A stretch of 64,000 nucleotides of DNA from NCBI GenBank assembly GCA_010015585.1, contig ML975152.1, one strand, 5' to 3'. The position numbers were made by a program, and so were the translations under genes. Source of the DNA: Eremomyces bilateralis CBS 781.70 (Eukaryota). The stretch's first letter is position 1. Every line of letters begins with the position of its first letter. Below the pieces are notes generated by a model. The model was not told the origin of the DNA, made no database searches, and saw only the letters and a program-made list of their open reading frames with translations. Positions 62,839-64,000 of this stretch are shown in pieces.

Positions 62839-64000
62839 TCAATCGTCCCGTCTCTCAGACTCGTGTCCCCAAACTTCCTCCGCTGACTTCTTTCCCTTCG
62901 TCTCAGGCACGAAGGTGAGGACCAGGAGGAAGAACCCGGCCGCAAACGCCGCGAAGATGAAATACACCCGTCCCTCACCCAGCGCTTTGTTCACCACGGG
63001 AAAAAACTGAGCGACGACAAAGGTGGCGATCCAATTGGACGCGAGCGCCCAGCTTTGGGTGGCGCCGACGGCTTCGTGGACGGCCAGCTCGCTGGCAAGG
63101 ATGAACGGGACGGGACCGAGCCCGACCGCAAACGAGCAAACAAACAGGATGACGGCGACGGCGGAGAGGACTTTGATGTTATAGCCGATGGAGAAGGCTA
63201 GAGCAAGAGATGAAATGCCCATCCCGAAGATAGAGCCGAGCAGGCAGGGCTTACGACCGAGCTTGTCGACGAGCGGGGCACAGGCGGCTGTGACAATGAT
63301 ATTGAGGGCAGAAACGGCGAGGTTGAGGAGGGCAGAGGAGGAAGATAGGAGCGAGGATAAGAGGGAAACGCCGTACATGATAATCGAGTTGATACCTAAG
63401 TCCGTCAGTGAATGGATACTGTTGGTCAAGGGGTGCGGTCTTACCGCAAAGCTGTTGGGCAAGCATAACCATTATGACAGCAATCACTGCCTTCCTGGTC
63501 TGGGGGCTGGCCAAAGCTTGTAGCATCCCAAGATGCCCCTGGCCGGACTGGCTCTTGTTTGAGGGGAGGTGTTGCTGATCCGGCGAATTCAAGAGAGATT
63601 CTTGTTCCTCTAAACTTCGCGTTAGCATGTTCATATTATAGCCAAAGAACTGCTTACCATCGTCTTCACCAGCAGCAATGCCCCAGCTGTTAAATTCGCC
63701 GTCGATATCGAACCTCTCACCTCTCACTCTCCTCAAGATCTTTCGTGCTTTCGGCCCACCCCCTTCTACGTTGGCAGCAATCCATTTCGGGCTTTCGTCC
63801 GAGAACATCAGTCCGACCAGCTGCCCAACTCCAACCAGCCCAGCAGCAGCCAGTACAATCCTCCACATCTGACCAAAGGCCAGGAAATACCCAAGCAGCT
63901 GTGCAAGAAAGATGCCAACATTCACCATCACCTGGGTGAAGGCGCCGAAAAACCCCTTCTCAGCCGGCGGGGAGAGCTCGGAGATGTATATTGGCACGGA
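62839..64000 (-). CDS. MFS sugar porter (Vps73/GLUT-like); 5' part lies beyond the window
   Basis: PIYISELSP, ESPKW, AQQLC|GINSIIMY, VDKLGRK, GLGPVPF and VPETKGK. Confidence 0.92.

Overview
Gene-dense eukaryotic genomic DNA from a filamentous ascomycete (Pezizomycotina). It has short spliceosomal introns with CTRAY branch sites and about 25 protein-coding genes. Most are housekeeping or metabolic: mitoribosomal uL4m and mL38, Cdc14, Ams2/Spt21, an M16 peptidase, V-ATPase subunit c, Snu13, a mitochondrial carrier, MFS transporters, GT8, GT31 and DUF1996-WSC. The main discovery is a fungal NLR (NACHT plus 19 near-identical WD40 repeats, 8656-13320). Its real first exon is missing from the ORF track because it is short and spliced through a GC-AG intron. 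That exon encodes a HET-s/HELLF-like amyloid signalling motif (QHISGLSASDHSQLFAGQ), but I found no cognate effector gene in the window. The WD40 array shows hypervariable surface positions, a near-identical non-adjacent repeat pair and RIP-type CpA>TpA variants. Other notable loci: an iso-orotate decarboxylase next to a 2OG dioxygenase (candidate thymidine salvage pair); a decayed tyrosine-catabolism cluster (maiA pseudogene, hppD, hmgX/TTC36); a stand-alone nitrate transporter with NirA/AreA sites; a soluble SREBP-type bHLH; and a TA-flanked MITE. Exon boundaries were read by eye and family calls come from motif recognition, not database searches.
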